NCBI GenBank assembly: GCA_050084515.1
Contig: CM114271.1
Location: 27,404,001-27,468,000 of the forward strand
Direction of reading: 5' to 3'
DNA from: Blasia pusilla
Taxonomy: Eukaryota
DNA length: 64,000 bases
In this document: positions 52,801 to 64,000 of the stretch, piece after piece
How the letters are laid out: every line of letters starts with the position of its first letter
How positions within the stretch are numbered: the first letter of the stretch is position 1
Position numbers and translations under genes: made by a program
Notes under the pieces: generated by a model
The model's input: only the letters and a program-made list of their open reading frames with translations
What the model was told of the DNA's origin: nothing
Databases searched by the model: none

Positions 52801-55800
52801 AGCAAGAGGAGGAGTAGGAGCTCGTTGTCTTCTTTCATAGTAAAGATGGGTACGCCCATGACCAGGTACGGGGTGTGCAGTGGAAGAGACGGTTGGTGAA
52901 GGCATGTCCTCTGGCTGCGGCAGACTTGAAAGAGGTTGAACTCCCACTGAAGAAGACATGGAAGGAGAGGGAGTTCCCACTGAGGGAATAACCGGGGAAG
53001 TAGCAGGAACAGGCAAGGAAGTTTGAGGATTAGGGGATGAGCGGAAAAATAGAGGATCAGATCTGATAGCCAGATCTTCTGCATCAGAAGAAGCGAAAGA
53101 TGGAGTGGTCTGAGCAGTCTGATCTTCAAGAACTACAGCATCACGGGAGAGAATGATAGTTTTGTCTGAGAAAATGATTGACCAGCAGAAGTATCTCCTT
53201 GTACAAAGTCAGAGCTAGCATCAGCTAGACCATCCATGATTTCAGCTTGTACACAATCAGCCAATCAGTTCCTATCTCTATTGCCAAATCAGAGCCCTAC
53301 CATGATGTGACTCTTCTTACTATCTAAGAGATACTAAGAAGGATTCTACAGTCACACCTTGCACTCACACTACAGGTCCTCACATGTCACCAGCTCAGAG
53401 ATCAGACATGGCTCACCATTGAGCACAAACAATCTCCATCAGCATTCTAGACAAAACAACCTGCCTTCCAGTGAGGCTCTAGCAAGCACAGCAATTAGTC
53501 TCAATCTCCTCTTCCTATTCTCTGATCACTCTGCAGCAGGACCAAGAGCCTCAGGAGTCCTCACCAAAACTGTGCATGCTGTAGAATTGACTTCTGCTCT
53601 CTAAACAGAGACATTATATACATGAGGGTGAGCACTTCTGGCCCTTGGATCTTCTTGAACAGATCCATACCCTTAATAACAGATGGTGGCTAGCCCTAAC
53701 TCGAGAATTGCCCTAATTCAAGGTTACCCTAAAAAGATAGAGGAACACTAAGTTATCTCTAGCTAACTAAATTAGTATCCAACTAAGTTAGTATTTGACT
53801 AACTACTTTTAGGGCATGACTAAACTAGATATTAACAAATTTCAACATTGTCTGTCAGCCTCTCGAGACCCAAGGCTTTGCTTTGGTCACTGTAACCAAG
53901 GAAAATGCATTCCTCAGTGCAAAAATCCAGCTTTGAATGAGGATCATTGGTTTTAGCAAATGCAGGGCTTCCAAAAATACGAAGATGAGATAACACGGGT
54001 TTACGATTAAACCATAACTCATATGGTGTTTTGGAAAGTGGCACTGCTTTGCTCGGAAGACAATTTTGCAAATAATTAGCAGTGACCAAAGCTTCACCCC
54101 AATAAGTCTTGGGGAGAGCAGAATGGAAAAGCATAGAACGGACAGAATTAGCAAGAGTTCTGTTCTTACGTTCTGAAACACCATTTTGCTGTGGTGTGTG
54201 GGGAACAGTGAACTGCCTGGAGATTCCTGGAGAATGGCAGAAGTCTAAGAAAGCAGATGACTTAAATTCCCCACCATTGTCAGATCGCAATGTCTTAATG
54301 CATGGAGGTTATGTTGTGTCTCTACATTAGCCACAAATTGAGCGAAACGGGAAAAACCTTCGGATTTGTAATGGAGGTAAACAGTAGTATACTGGGAGAA
54401 ATCATCAATAAAGACCATGAAATAACGAAAACCCAAATGAGTAGGGGGAGAAATAGGCCCGCAAATATCTGTATGAATTAATTCTAAAACATTGAGAGCT
54501 CTATAGACTGGAGTAGTGTTAGAAAAAGGTTTGCGAGTCTGCTTGCCATGTAGGCAGGCTCGACATGAAGAAATCTGAGAGGGATTATGCCGTGGAAGTC
54601 CGCCAGCCATTTGCTGATTTTGAAGTTGAGAAACACGAGCGGCGCTGATGTGACCCAAATGGTGATGCCACAGATCAGCAATCCTGGGAAGAATCGCAGT
54701 GGCAGCTGTAATGGGAGAAAATCGGGAGGGTGGAAGGACAGCTTCTCCGAGTTTGTACAAATCATTGATTAAATAACATGTTGTGATGAGCTGGTCTGTA
54801 GAATCACGGAGTATGCACTTTCCGTTGTGAATCAAGGCAGATCCTCCTGAAGTATCTAGTTGCTTGACTGAGAAAAGATTTTTCTTCAAGCTTGGTATAA
54901 AGAGAACATTCGGAAGAATGTATCGAATACCATTACTCAGAAGGATCTCAACGTGTCCAGATCCTTTTATCTCCAGACTAGAGTTATCACCTAGGAAAAC
55001 ATACGAAGATTTTTCATACGGAGTGTAATTGGAAAAGTAATCACTGGAGAAGGCCATATGATGAGTAGCACCGGTATCAAGATACCATGTGTTTGGAGCA
55101 GACAATCTGGACTGCATTTGCTGATCTGCAAGACGTTTTCGGAAATCTTTAAAATGATGCCCCTGCAAATTGCAGTAGAAACACCTCATTTTCTTAGAAG
55201 TGTTGTGCTGATTGGAGGATGAAGCCTGCCAATCAGCTTGATGATTGGATGATTCGCCATGTGGAATCGTCATAGAAGCAGGAACAAATCCTGATTTGAA
55301 AGGACCAAAGCCTTTCTGAGGAGCTTTGCCTCGACCGTAACCTCTGAACAAGCCCCCTTGCCTCGAATTGCCGAATTTGGACTTCGATCGAAAAGGGGCA
55401 GAACCTCGTCCAACAAAAAAAGCTGAGGACGGTTCAGCAGTCTGCGTCTTCATCATTTTCTCCTCTCTAAGAAGGAAAGTGATCACAGATTGCAAAGTAA
55501 GGTTACTCTGACCTCGCAATGAGGTCAATAAGTTGCGGTAACTATAGGGCATTAATCGCATCAATGCAAGATACTGATTTTCATCAGTAGTCACCGATCC
55601 AGCAGCGTGGAGTTGATCAATCAATGTCCTAAATTGATGGACATGTTTGGTAACACTATCGCCTTCTTTCATCTTAAGAGTCTGCAATTCATCTTGCAGA
55701 TACATTTTTGTGACAGCGTCCTGGGCTTGGTATAAAGAATCTAATTTCGTCCAGGCTTCCGCTGCAGTCGTAGCAGAACTGATATGATGAACTTGCGAAT

Positions 55801-58800
55801 TGTCTAAACGATTCGCTATGAAGGATAAGGCAATTCGGTTGAGAATCTCCCATTCGTGGACACTCCCAGCGCCGGTGGCAGGAGCGGTAGCCGCTGCTGG
55901 CTTTGGAGTTGTTCCTTCTACGATGCCTACTAAATCTTCGGCATCAAGGTACAATCTCATGCGTAATCGCCAGATATAGAAATAGGTCCCGTCAAATTTC
56001 GGGATGTCATCAGTCTTGAGGAACATGTTAGAATTCACCATCGTGAATTGATGAAAATGATAGAAAACGGGTCAAGGACTTCGAATTCGTAAGAATCGGA
56101 AGTCTGCAGCCACCAAGCAATCAGAAACGAGAAAGGCGTTTGAGCAGAAGGCGTCCCCTCTACTCTAGGAATGTTGAACTGTCCCTCAAATTCCAATCCT
56201 TTCTTGAAAATCGTAATAGTGACTAGCGACCAGGCTCTGATACCATGTGAGAATTGCGGAATGAATTGAAATTGCGTTTGTACTCTCTGTGTTCTCTATA
56301 TTGATAGATTGAAAGCCGATACATAAGTAGTAAAGTCTGCTCTAAACTAAGAGCCGTAATCAAAAGATGTGACGGTAACTGTGTCACTTCAGAAATGTCT
56401 CTTAGCTAGGCATCGTTTCGCAAGATGAAACGGTACTAGCAGTAATCAATGGTCATAAACAGAACCTTGATCCTGATCTAATCTAGATCGTCCGTATGGA
56501 TTGATCCGTGTGATCAATTCTTGGATCAGTACTCTAATGATTTGTTTCGCTGGACTAATTGATTTCCTACAACTATTGCAACATCTTGTTTTTTCTTCAC
56601 AAGCAGATCTAGTCATGGTTGCAGTTATGTTTGTGAGAGTAGAGATCAGCTTTTTGTACAGCGTAGTGATTTGGGTGAAAAATCTTGTTTTACCTTCCCA
56701 GAAATAAAGAGAAAAGAAACACTTGGGGATACTGCATGAGGCTTTCAAGGATCGGCTTTAATTCGTTTAGAATAGATTCATTCATCACATATTCTTTCTC
56801 CTTACTAATATAAAACAGCTGTAAAATATGTGGGCATTAAAGGTGAGTTTTAATACTAATGCGCTAACTCAAGTATTTTGTCGTGCTGATAGCTTTTAGA
56901 TGATCTGTTCGAGAATCAAGAGCTTGGGCCTTGGTGGGTACCTCTTGCAGAACATATTATTGGAGAAATATTGATTCCATGTGGTGTATGGCGTATTGGG
57001 AAGGTGTTCCAACTCTCTGAGAACCAGCTGCATTGGTGCTTTCAATCAAACTTGGTCATAGTGTTGTTCTTGAAAATCCGTCAGAATACCAGAAGTGTTG
57101 AGACGAACTCTGAATATCACTAAGCCAATGTAGGATACACGTCACCAAGACCTATGCTTCCAATATTGAAGATGAAGTTTAATATTGTGCAGGTTGGAGC
57201 GGCAATACGACATAGGGCAATGGTAGCATTGGGGACGTTTCTAAGGAGAGATCTCTGCACCCAGGTAGGGGAAGAATTTGAAGCTTAAGAATTTCTGTAA
57301 GGTCCTTAGATTGCATAGTTGGTGATCAAAGCCTATCGGCGTCCCTCAGTATAGTCTATACTTCATCTCTTACAGCCTTTCTTTCATGGTGATATTTCTG
57401 TTGTCTTTAGGATGCATTCAGTTATTGGTGCAAAGGCACCATGATTTGTCTTGGAACGATCCTTTTATAATGTTCACTTCCAAGGATTATAATGAACTTG
57501 AAATTGTGGTGCAGCAACACATGGAATGGTAATGCTTTCATTGTCAGTAACTGGGGAGCCTAGTTATTTCAAGAGTTTTCTTTAACAGTTCGTAAATTCT
57601 GGTGTGAGGCAGGATCAACTGTTGAAACTCTTACCTTTGCAGAAAGGCATTCTAGGTGTGATTATCTCATGCCTTGATGAGGATTACTATGTTGACACCC
57701 GCCGTGCCACCTGCCATGTCATGCAACATTTGATTAGAATTGCTGGGCCTGCAATGGGAGGTACCGTCATTTCAAGCTTCATTACTCCCCTGAATTGAGT
57801 AACATCAGTACAATGTTGTACTCTTCTCAGCCTTGTGTTAGAAGATGACCATTGATCACAACATGTTATGTCTCTGGTATGGGATGCCGGCAGATGCAGA
57901 GAGGAATACTGTGAGTACAGAGATCCAGAAGCGTCTGGATGATAGCAATGACAACGTTCGCCTAGGAATCTTGCCTGCAATTGGGACCTTTTTCCATACA
58001 ATGCCGACTTCTTTTGGTGATGAAGCGGTATGTCTTTATATATGGAGTCTTTGTGCTTCCAAGAACTAACTGAATAGGTGCATTTGATGTTTAGCTTTGA
58101 AGACTTTCATGATAAATTCGCATGTCCCTGTGTACTCATACCTTATTTTAATAAAAATTTATTCAAATCTAAATTTTTTTCTCCTATATATTTTTTAGTT
58201 TTTAGATAATTTTCTAAATTTTATATATATATATTTCAGCCATGTATAAGAAACCTTTCTGCCAACCTTTGCTGAATTGAACCCACGATGATAGAAGCTC
58301 TCTACAGAAAGAATATTAGCCGCAGTATATATCAAGACCTTCGAAATTGGAGCTCTACAGTAAGTATGAGATGGCTCACTCTTCTACTTTGGTGACAAAT
58401 GACCCCTTGGTTTCCCATGTGATGCAGGTCAGAGTTCTCCTGACAAATCTACTTGTACACATGGATGACCCCAATCAGAAAATTCAAGTAAGTTTCAAAT
58501 ATGGAGTGTGGGAGGGGTGGCCTCTCATGATCTCAAACGCTTTCAGTACATTTGGCTGAATTCGTAGGTTTTGGTTGGAACTGGCAGTGGGTTTTGTTTG
58601 GACCTGAGCGGTGTAGAACTACAATTAATAGCTTTAGGGGATTTTGGTTCTGCTCATCACAAGACCATCTGGGTGCAGTGGGATCTTTTGATTTGCACAT
58701 GTGACTTCTTTCTTGATCTCACTGGTGTTGTAACCCTCTATGCATGCAGGAAGCTGTATGTCTAGTTGCGGAAGCCTGTGGAACACAAAGGCCACAGATC

Positions 58801-58896
58801 GTTATTGAAGTGGCAAAGAAAGTATGCAATGGGCACCGTAGCACTACATACTGCAACCGCCTGATAGCTTTTGCAGCTACACTAGAATCAAGCTAG
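40876..58896 (+). CDS. DNAAF5: Dynein axonemal assembly factor 5 (HEATR2), ~22 exons (e.g. 40876-41031, 42404-42520, 43086-43134, 43331-43455, 44350-44508, 44733-44861, 45635-45874, 45981-46163, 47442-47540 ... 50556-50645, ~56893-57003 ... 58750-58896)
   Basis: HEAT-repeat exons with family-like motifs: LQRDLNCLTDPDRSSRRRALE, DSVEKCRELA, EESEEIRLQL, DPFHEIKK, HSHSRVR, GRPSVGC, VWRIGKVGAAIR, KRLDDSNDNVR, LLVHMDDPNQKIQEAV, HRSTTYCNRL. Some internal exon boundaries are approximate. Confidence 0.88.
47054..47096. repeat. Perfect 20-bp inverted repeat with 3-nt loop in a DNAAF5 intron
   Basis: TACAGCTGAACTAGGCATAG-GGT-CTATGCCTAGTTCAGCTGTA. Confidence 0.95.
51106..53016 (-). CDS. Copia RT-RNase H open frame (part of a disrupted pol)
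   Basis: YKARLVAKGF, QLDV..AFL.G, IYGLKQSAR, LYVDD, YSDA, ALSSTESEY, TKHIDI, ADIFTK. Confidence 0.93.
   Translation of the reverse strand: MPVPATSPVIPSVGTPSPSMSSSVGVQPLSSLPQPEDMPSPTVSSTAHPVPGHGRTHLYYERRQRAPTPPLAQRKSPRITRAVEHYDALIEAEKNKKRAAEKRWALLSSTSSFLEPQSYEQAISGPDSSHWKAAISAELQNMARMKAWTLVPLPPNQSTVGCHLVFKIKPHVDGTIHKYKARLVAKGFTQVPDLDYDETFSPTVKLQSLRILIAIAAYFNLDLHQLDVIAAFLYGFLQHNIYMALPPGLPVPHNNLVCLLERSIYGLKQSARMWYERCHYVLLDIGFVSTTADSNIYILNKDSNFLILALYVDDTVIASSSSALLNFVKTKLRQEFEMTDLGEAYHVLGIHIQRDRQQGWIRLNQTTYITNKLKQFNMLGCKPISTPFDFGLHLSQDQSPVHPADIAAMSSIPYKSATGSLMWAMVCTRPDIAYSVSTVAQFITNPGPIHWTAVKSIFRYLQGTKHYFLQYQRSSTPFHLQGYSDAAYGDNIDSQKSTSGFCFLLAGGAVSWASRKQKSVALSSTESEYIAMTKTSTEAIWIRRLLYEIGFAQKITEIFCDNQSAIALVSSTKHHDRTKHIDIQYHYIKDQVSSGEIILTYISTAEMTADIFTKGLQKRPHQKHTKSLGLTSNENG
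53167..53847. mobile_element. Solo LTR (681 bp) nested in the Copia integrase C-terminal region; TSD TTGTC
   Basis: TG...CA termini; TTGTC at 53162-53166 and 53848-53852. Removing it restores RLTDK-TIILSRD. Confidence 0.88.
53848..56041 (-). pseudogene. Copia gag-protease-integrase (frameshift near 54300)
   Basis: PKFDGT, knuckle CFYCNLQGH, WYLDTGATHH, LWHHHLGH...CRAC, IHTDICGP, RSDNGGEF, QQNGVSERKNR. Confidence 0.93.
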
Positions 58897-60079
58897 GGGT
58901 GCCTTTCATCCTTCTAACCTGCACCAGTGATCCTTAGCAGCATCCTAAGATCCCTGGATGTGTGAGTGTACATGGATGGATAAAGTAACGAGCTGATTCT
59001 CTGAATTCATCTCAGAGGGTTTAATGACCCATAAGTAAAGCTCTCATTTGATCATATCATCTCACGTCTGTCAAATACTCCCCATTCATCCAAATTGTGA
59101 TGTATGTACAAGCCCTCATCTGTCAGCCTTATTTTCGGGTAGTGCCCATCACGGAATTTACACCATTAATCCCATATCATACGTCAACCTCCTATGCTAA
59201 AATCTCCAACGGCAGATTCTGATTCTCGGTGCATGCAATCATCCTGTCACAGTTTAAGAGGCTGGAGCTCTTTGTAAGCATAGTCGACTGAATCTCATGA
59301 GACGCAGAAGAAAGGGGGACATCAGCACGCTTCTTCATATTCGTTTTTCTCTTCTCTTTGCTATCAAGCACAAGCAGCCGAGAGAAAAGAGCAGTATAAT
59401 GAGGTGTTCACTTCTTCTGGGTTTGGCAGAGGGAGTTGCCCCTGTGTGCTGGACATTCCAATTCCACATGATTGTGTACAAGAAGCACAGGTTGAGAGAC
59501 TTCCCAGGTCAGGCAAACAAGCTGTACACTCAACTCCAGTTGAGAGCTAGCACCTCTGCTGGGCAGAGGAGGTCACTACTGGGTGCTGGGCATTGCAATT
59601 CCTGACGATGGTGGAGATGAAACCTCTGTACGAAACTTGGATGGGTGAGGCCTTGTAAGTGATAGGATGGAACAATTATCTGGATCCTCAAGTTCTCACC
59701 ACTCAACTATTCCTACAATCCTCTACGCTGAAGGAAAGAGAGTCGGAGTTTGATGCAACCACTGAGTGTAATGAGAGAGAATCTTACCCTCTTCTGTTAA
59801 TCATCATATTTGTGGTTGATCCAACCTTCACACCTCAAATTATCTCACCTCACCTTGTGACCCCACCCAACTCAAGGTATCCCAGGCATCTTTCCATGTT
59901 CACCTTGTGTCTTCCTTAATGGATTTCGTTAGACCACTAGCCTTGTGGAGTCTATTTTCGGACCACACGCGTATATTCCATTATGGGCTCCTGATGGTTT
60001 GTTTTGGAGCCATCAAGTGCTGTGATCGGACACATTTTTGGACTCGTGAGAATCTTGGCCCTTTCTGTGAATTTTGCTT

Positions 60080-60540
60080 GTTCGTCAGGGCTAGCAGTGA
60101 GTGATGTATCGTTACAAATGGTTGGACCCATCACCCTTTTGCTCCTCTCGTTTGTTTTAGGGCTGGCAGTGAATGATATATATAGCTTTACACTTGGTAG
60201 GACATATAACCCTTTTGCCACTGTCGTTTGTTTTTGGGCTAGCAGTGAGTGATTGACCTAGCCGTGCACATTGTTGAAGTCCTGCTCCTTTTGCGACTGT
60301 CATGTGCTTTAGGGCTAGCATTGAGTGATCTAGCTTTACACATTGTTGGACTCACGACCCTTTTGATACTGTCGTTTAAGGCTACCAGTGAGTGATACAG
60401 CTCTACGCATTGTTGGACTCCTGAACCTTTTGGTAGTGTCGTGTGTTTAGGGCTAGCTAGCATTGAGTCATCTAGCTTGACGCATTGTTGGATTCATGAG
60501 AGCGTCTTGAGCCTAATCATTCTTGTTTGTTTAGGGCACG
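60080..60540. repeat. Minisatellite, ~70-75 bp unit, 6-7 diverged copies
   Basis: GGGCTAGCA(G/T)TGAGTGAT...ACATTGTTGGACTC...CCTTTT recurs at ~60088, 60160, 60236, 60312, 60379 and 60450. Confidence 0.85.
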
Positions 60541-61899
60541 CCCGGCAATCACTTGAGACAATCCGAAAACGCCACAAGTGAACGTGACAACACACTGGTA
60601 GGTGTAGTAATTCACCCCCACCCTTCTTTGAGGCCGGCCGGCATAGCCCCAAAAAGCTTCCCACTTTTCTGGTCTCACAAATGGATCTCACCCTAGAAAA
60701 ACGCCTAACATTCTTTTTTGACCTCACCTAGATGGTTTAGAGAAAAAGACTAGAAATAGATATTCACTCCTCACCCATTGGACGATATTTACGAGGCCGT
60801 TCCATGGCATTTTTTTAGGCCATGGAAAGGCCTCGTAAGTATCTCGAACCGTGTGCAGCCCTTAGAGAGTCCATGTAAGGGGTTGCCAAAGAAAGCCACT
60901 CTGCCAGTGACGTTATCTAGCACGAAGTTTATGGAAGAAAACATAAATGCATGCTTAAAGCAGCTGAAGGAGTATCATTGTCTTTTTCCCAGCAGGGTGC
61001 TTTTGATTTGAGTTTTGTTGTCGGGTTTATTTATTTGAGGATTGCTTGTCTTTCCCTCCTAACAGTTACTGCAACTCATTTCATCTCGGGGTCAATTGGA
61101 GATGACTTGGTTGGGTTCCAACTTTTTAAAATTGAATATAGCGAGATGGGTTTCTGCAATAATAATATAGATAAAATCAAAATTTTGAAGAAAATTAAGG
61201 GAAATAGGTAGGCCATTCATAAAAGCATAAAAGTATCTCCAATGAATGGGTTGAAGAAGTGATTTTCACGACACTGCATTATTCCCAGAAACAAAGAAAA
61301 AATACATGATAATCATGGAAGAAGAAAGATGCTTCTTCCATGAATAAAATGCAAGATTATCCCCCACAATTTCCATGGAATGTTGTATCTCAACAAAGAA
61401 AACATGGGAGTTAGAAAACACAAAAAAAGTAGGGTATGGGCGGAAGCCAAACTTGAGAAATTGAGGCAAGAGTAGTGCAAATGCATGTACAATGCATTAA
61501 GTGTCTCTTTAGAAAAAAAAATTATTGGGTCGTTAGTTCTCCATTTTTAGGATAATATACACTAGATTTTTTCATTTTTAAATTAAAGAATGTGACACCT
61601 CGTCATTACACTTTGAAAAAAAAATTTCTTCAATATTAAATAATCTCCCTTATTTCAATGTTAAAATAAAGGAAGTCACTAAATATTCCCTTCACACTTA
61701 ATCACATATAACTTAAGGACTAACCTTATTTCCTTTCAATAAAAAGTAATAAGATACCTCATATTTTGCTTTTGAAAAGAACGTCACTTCTTTTAGAAGA
61801 GACTTTCCTTAGCGACCCTAGTTCCTCAATTAGTAGAGACGCTTAGAGTTAAGGATCATATACCTATCCAAAAGAAAAGCAAAGACATTTCTCAGTCAA

Positions 61900-62700
61900 A
61901 AAGTGGGAGGTGAATAAACCTTATTTTTCCACAAACTATCAATTACATTCAAAAACCCAAAAAAATATCAACATAGTGACACATTTAGAAATTTCAACAT
62001 CTTTGGCTATATCAAAAGAGATTGAAGAAGTGGTAGGTTCTCTCCCACAAGTTGCGCTTTTATCACTACTTGTATCATTAACAAAAGAGAAATCGCATTG
62101 CTTGCAAAGCATCAATACGTATGTTTGATGAATCCAAGAAGGAATAGGAAAATTGGAGTACAAGAAACAACTCATTTTTTCTAGGATGGAGCACTCAAGA
62201 AGGACATGGATGTAGCCATGATGTGTATTTGAATGGCATATTAGGCAAGGAAATGTTGGACAGTCTCTCTAAACATGTACTGCAGTCCTACAAATAAAAC
62301 ACCGCACCTCTTGTTGGTATGCATCATTTCCTTTCTTTCTAAAATCACCTTTCAAGACAAAAAAAAATTATTAAATGTCACATCTATGCTCACAACTATC
62401 CAATGTGCACTCGGATCCCATATCATGTATTACTTCCACAAAGCTCCCATATTTGAGGAAGATAGGCTTCCTTGATTTTAATTTGCAATTTTTCTGACCA
62501 CATCATCCTAGGATTTTTCCAATCAAAAGTAGTAGAGGGTGAATGATTTACCAAAATGCATAGAGTGTCTACTTCCTTTGCCCAAAAACTCTTCTCCAAT
62601 ACAACATTGTTGATCTTATTCGTTGCTCTCTCCAACACTAGAAGCAATGTATTGTTTAGACACTAGCTTTTACAATTAGTCTTGGTTGTAAATCAGAGAT
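61900..62700 (-). pseudogene. Highly decayed Copia integrase remnant
   Basis: LEKSFWAKEVDTLCILVNHSPST...P..MWS.K resembles the Copia LPKSFWAEAV.TA.YL.NRSP motif. Extent uncertain. Confidence 0.6.
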
Positions 62701-63677
62701 TATGAATAATGACCAGATATAAAACTAACAATATTGTAGTGTTTAAGGACTTGGCGTATTGGATTCCCAGTTGTAAATAGACTTATCATCAATCTTACAT
62801 GGCATGGTGGCAAGATATGACTTTGATATTTTGACACTAGATAGAGTAGAGTCATCAATTTTATGAGAATGATATGGCTCTAGTGACATGATGAGATAGA
62901 GTGTAATAATGTGTAACACGTGCATGTATTTTAGATTCTTTAGTTGGACATTAGTATCATAAGTAATTAATTCACTAATATTCGTCTCAAAATAAGTCAC
63001 ATGTCCATATTTTGGTGTGCCATGTGGATTGTGGAGAACTATATTTAGTTGTAAATAAATGACATTTGTCTCTAATAGCTTATGCTTATCTGGTGAATTC
63101 CTACTTTAGAGACTATGGTCAGTTATCTTATGATTAGTTTTGGTTGTAGAATGTTAGGTGTAGTTGTAAATTGAGGCATATGACCAGTTTGGTACTTAAT
63201 GTAGTTGTATGGAATACCAAAACCAATCATCATTCTCATTTGAGAGTATGAGAGTATAAATGCCAACTTTCAACATTAACATTCTGTATGAGTGAATGTC
63301 CAGCAAGGATGTATTTTGTAGTTTCGTAGAATGAGTTGACATCGATATCTCAATTATGTGTCCACATTGTTTTTCGCAACCACAATTTCATGGACGCCAA
63401 TCCTTGTGATGTCTAGGATGAAGTAGTTGGAAATGTTGCAAATGTGTACAAGAGCTCTCTATGCTCAAAGCCAAGAGTCATCACATTGGCCATAGCAAAC
63501 TGAATATCCTCTCAACTTCTCAGATTACTTAGGGAAGAAGAGTTGTCTATCAGAGAGGAGAAAAACTTGTGGGAGCCTTTAGGATCCAAATCTTGTCTTC
63601 ATAGTTGTCTTCTCTTCATCTTCTTCTATAATTCAAATTTGATAATACCCTTGCCTTAGGTTAATCTTGGTTAAATA

Positions 63678-64000
63678 TGTCGTGCGCATACACATCGCTA
63701 CACAACATACATCGCTGTCACCGAACACACACACAAACACGTATGATCCCATGCTAACTCATGGCATCCAAACAACGAGACAAGAAGTACCAAAATATCT
63801 CCAATAAAGTAAGCTCCAATCTCTCTCTACACCATCTCACACCATAGCTCTCAAAGGTGTGCACTCTCTCTCATGTCAAACCAAACCCACTCTCCTAATG
63901 AGAGGCTTGGGTTACACTTACAAGGCAAGGTACCATAGCTCCGCCGCCTCATGCCAAGAGGTTCAACAAAGAGAGAATGAGATCTCAGGCTCTCTCTCCT
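63678..64000 (-). mobile_element. Family-A LTR copy cut by the window edge
   Basis: Colinear with 31998-32320, about 14 mismatches in ~320 bp by manual comparison. Confidence 0.92.

Larger units (their letters stand above)
50760..56571 (-). mobile_element. Full-length Ty1/Copia element in a DNAAF5 intron; 326-bp LTRs at 50760-51085 and 56246-56571; TSD ACTAT
   Basis: Paired TG...CA LTRs; ACTAT at 50755-50759 and 56572-56576; PBS TGGTATCAGAGCC (Met-i type) at 56233-56245; PPT-like GAGTGGGAG next to 51086. Domain order gag-PR(WYLDTGA)-INT-RT(LYVDD)-RH. Confidence 0.97.

Noticed and set aside
60080-60540. CRISPR-like array
   Set aside because: Eukaryotic context, linkers are homologous to each other, repeats are degenerate and there are no cas genes.

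Overview
Eukaryotic, intron-rich land-plant genomic DNA. An apparently intact DNAAF5/HEATR2 gene suggests a lineage with flagellated sperm (bryophyte, lycophyte, fern or similar). Three host genes can be read: the 5' part of an ABCB/P-glycoprotein transporter (minus strand, running off the left edge), a SELENOF/SEP15-like gene with Arg in place of selenocysteine (minus), and, head-to-head with it, a roughly 22-exon DNAAF5 gene (plus) that carries a full-length Copia element in one intron. Most of the rest is transposon-derived. The most notable feature is a decayed ~11-kb Ty3/Gypsy element (15945-26891, 4-bp TSD). Its polyprotein reads gag - protease - C5 DNA cytosine methyltransferase - RT - RNase H - integrase - PHD finger, so it combines a DNA-methylation writer with a chromatin-reader domain. 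The window also holds other LTR copies of that family, nested solo LTRs, a 5'-truncated RLE-type non-LTR element, a hAT MITE and several hairpin or tandem repeats. All calls are by eye, without database searches.
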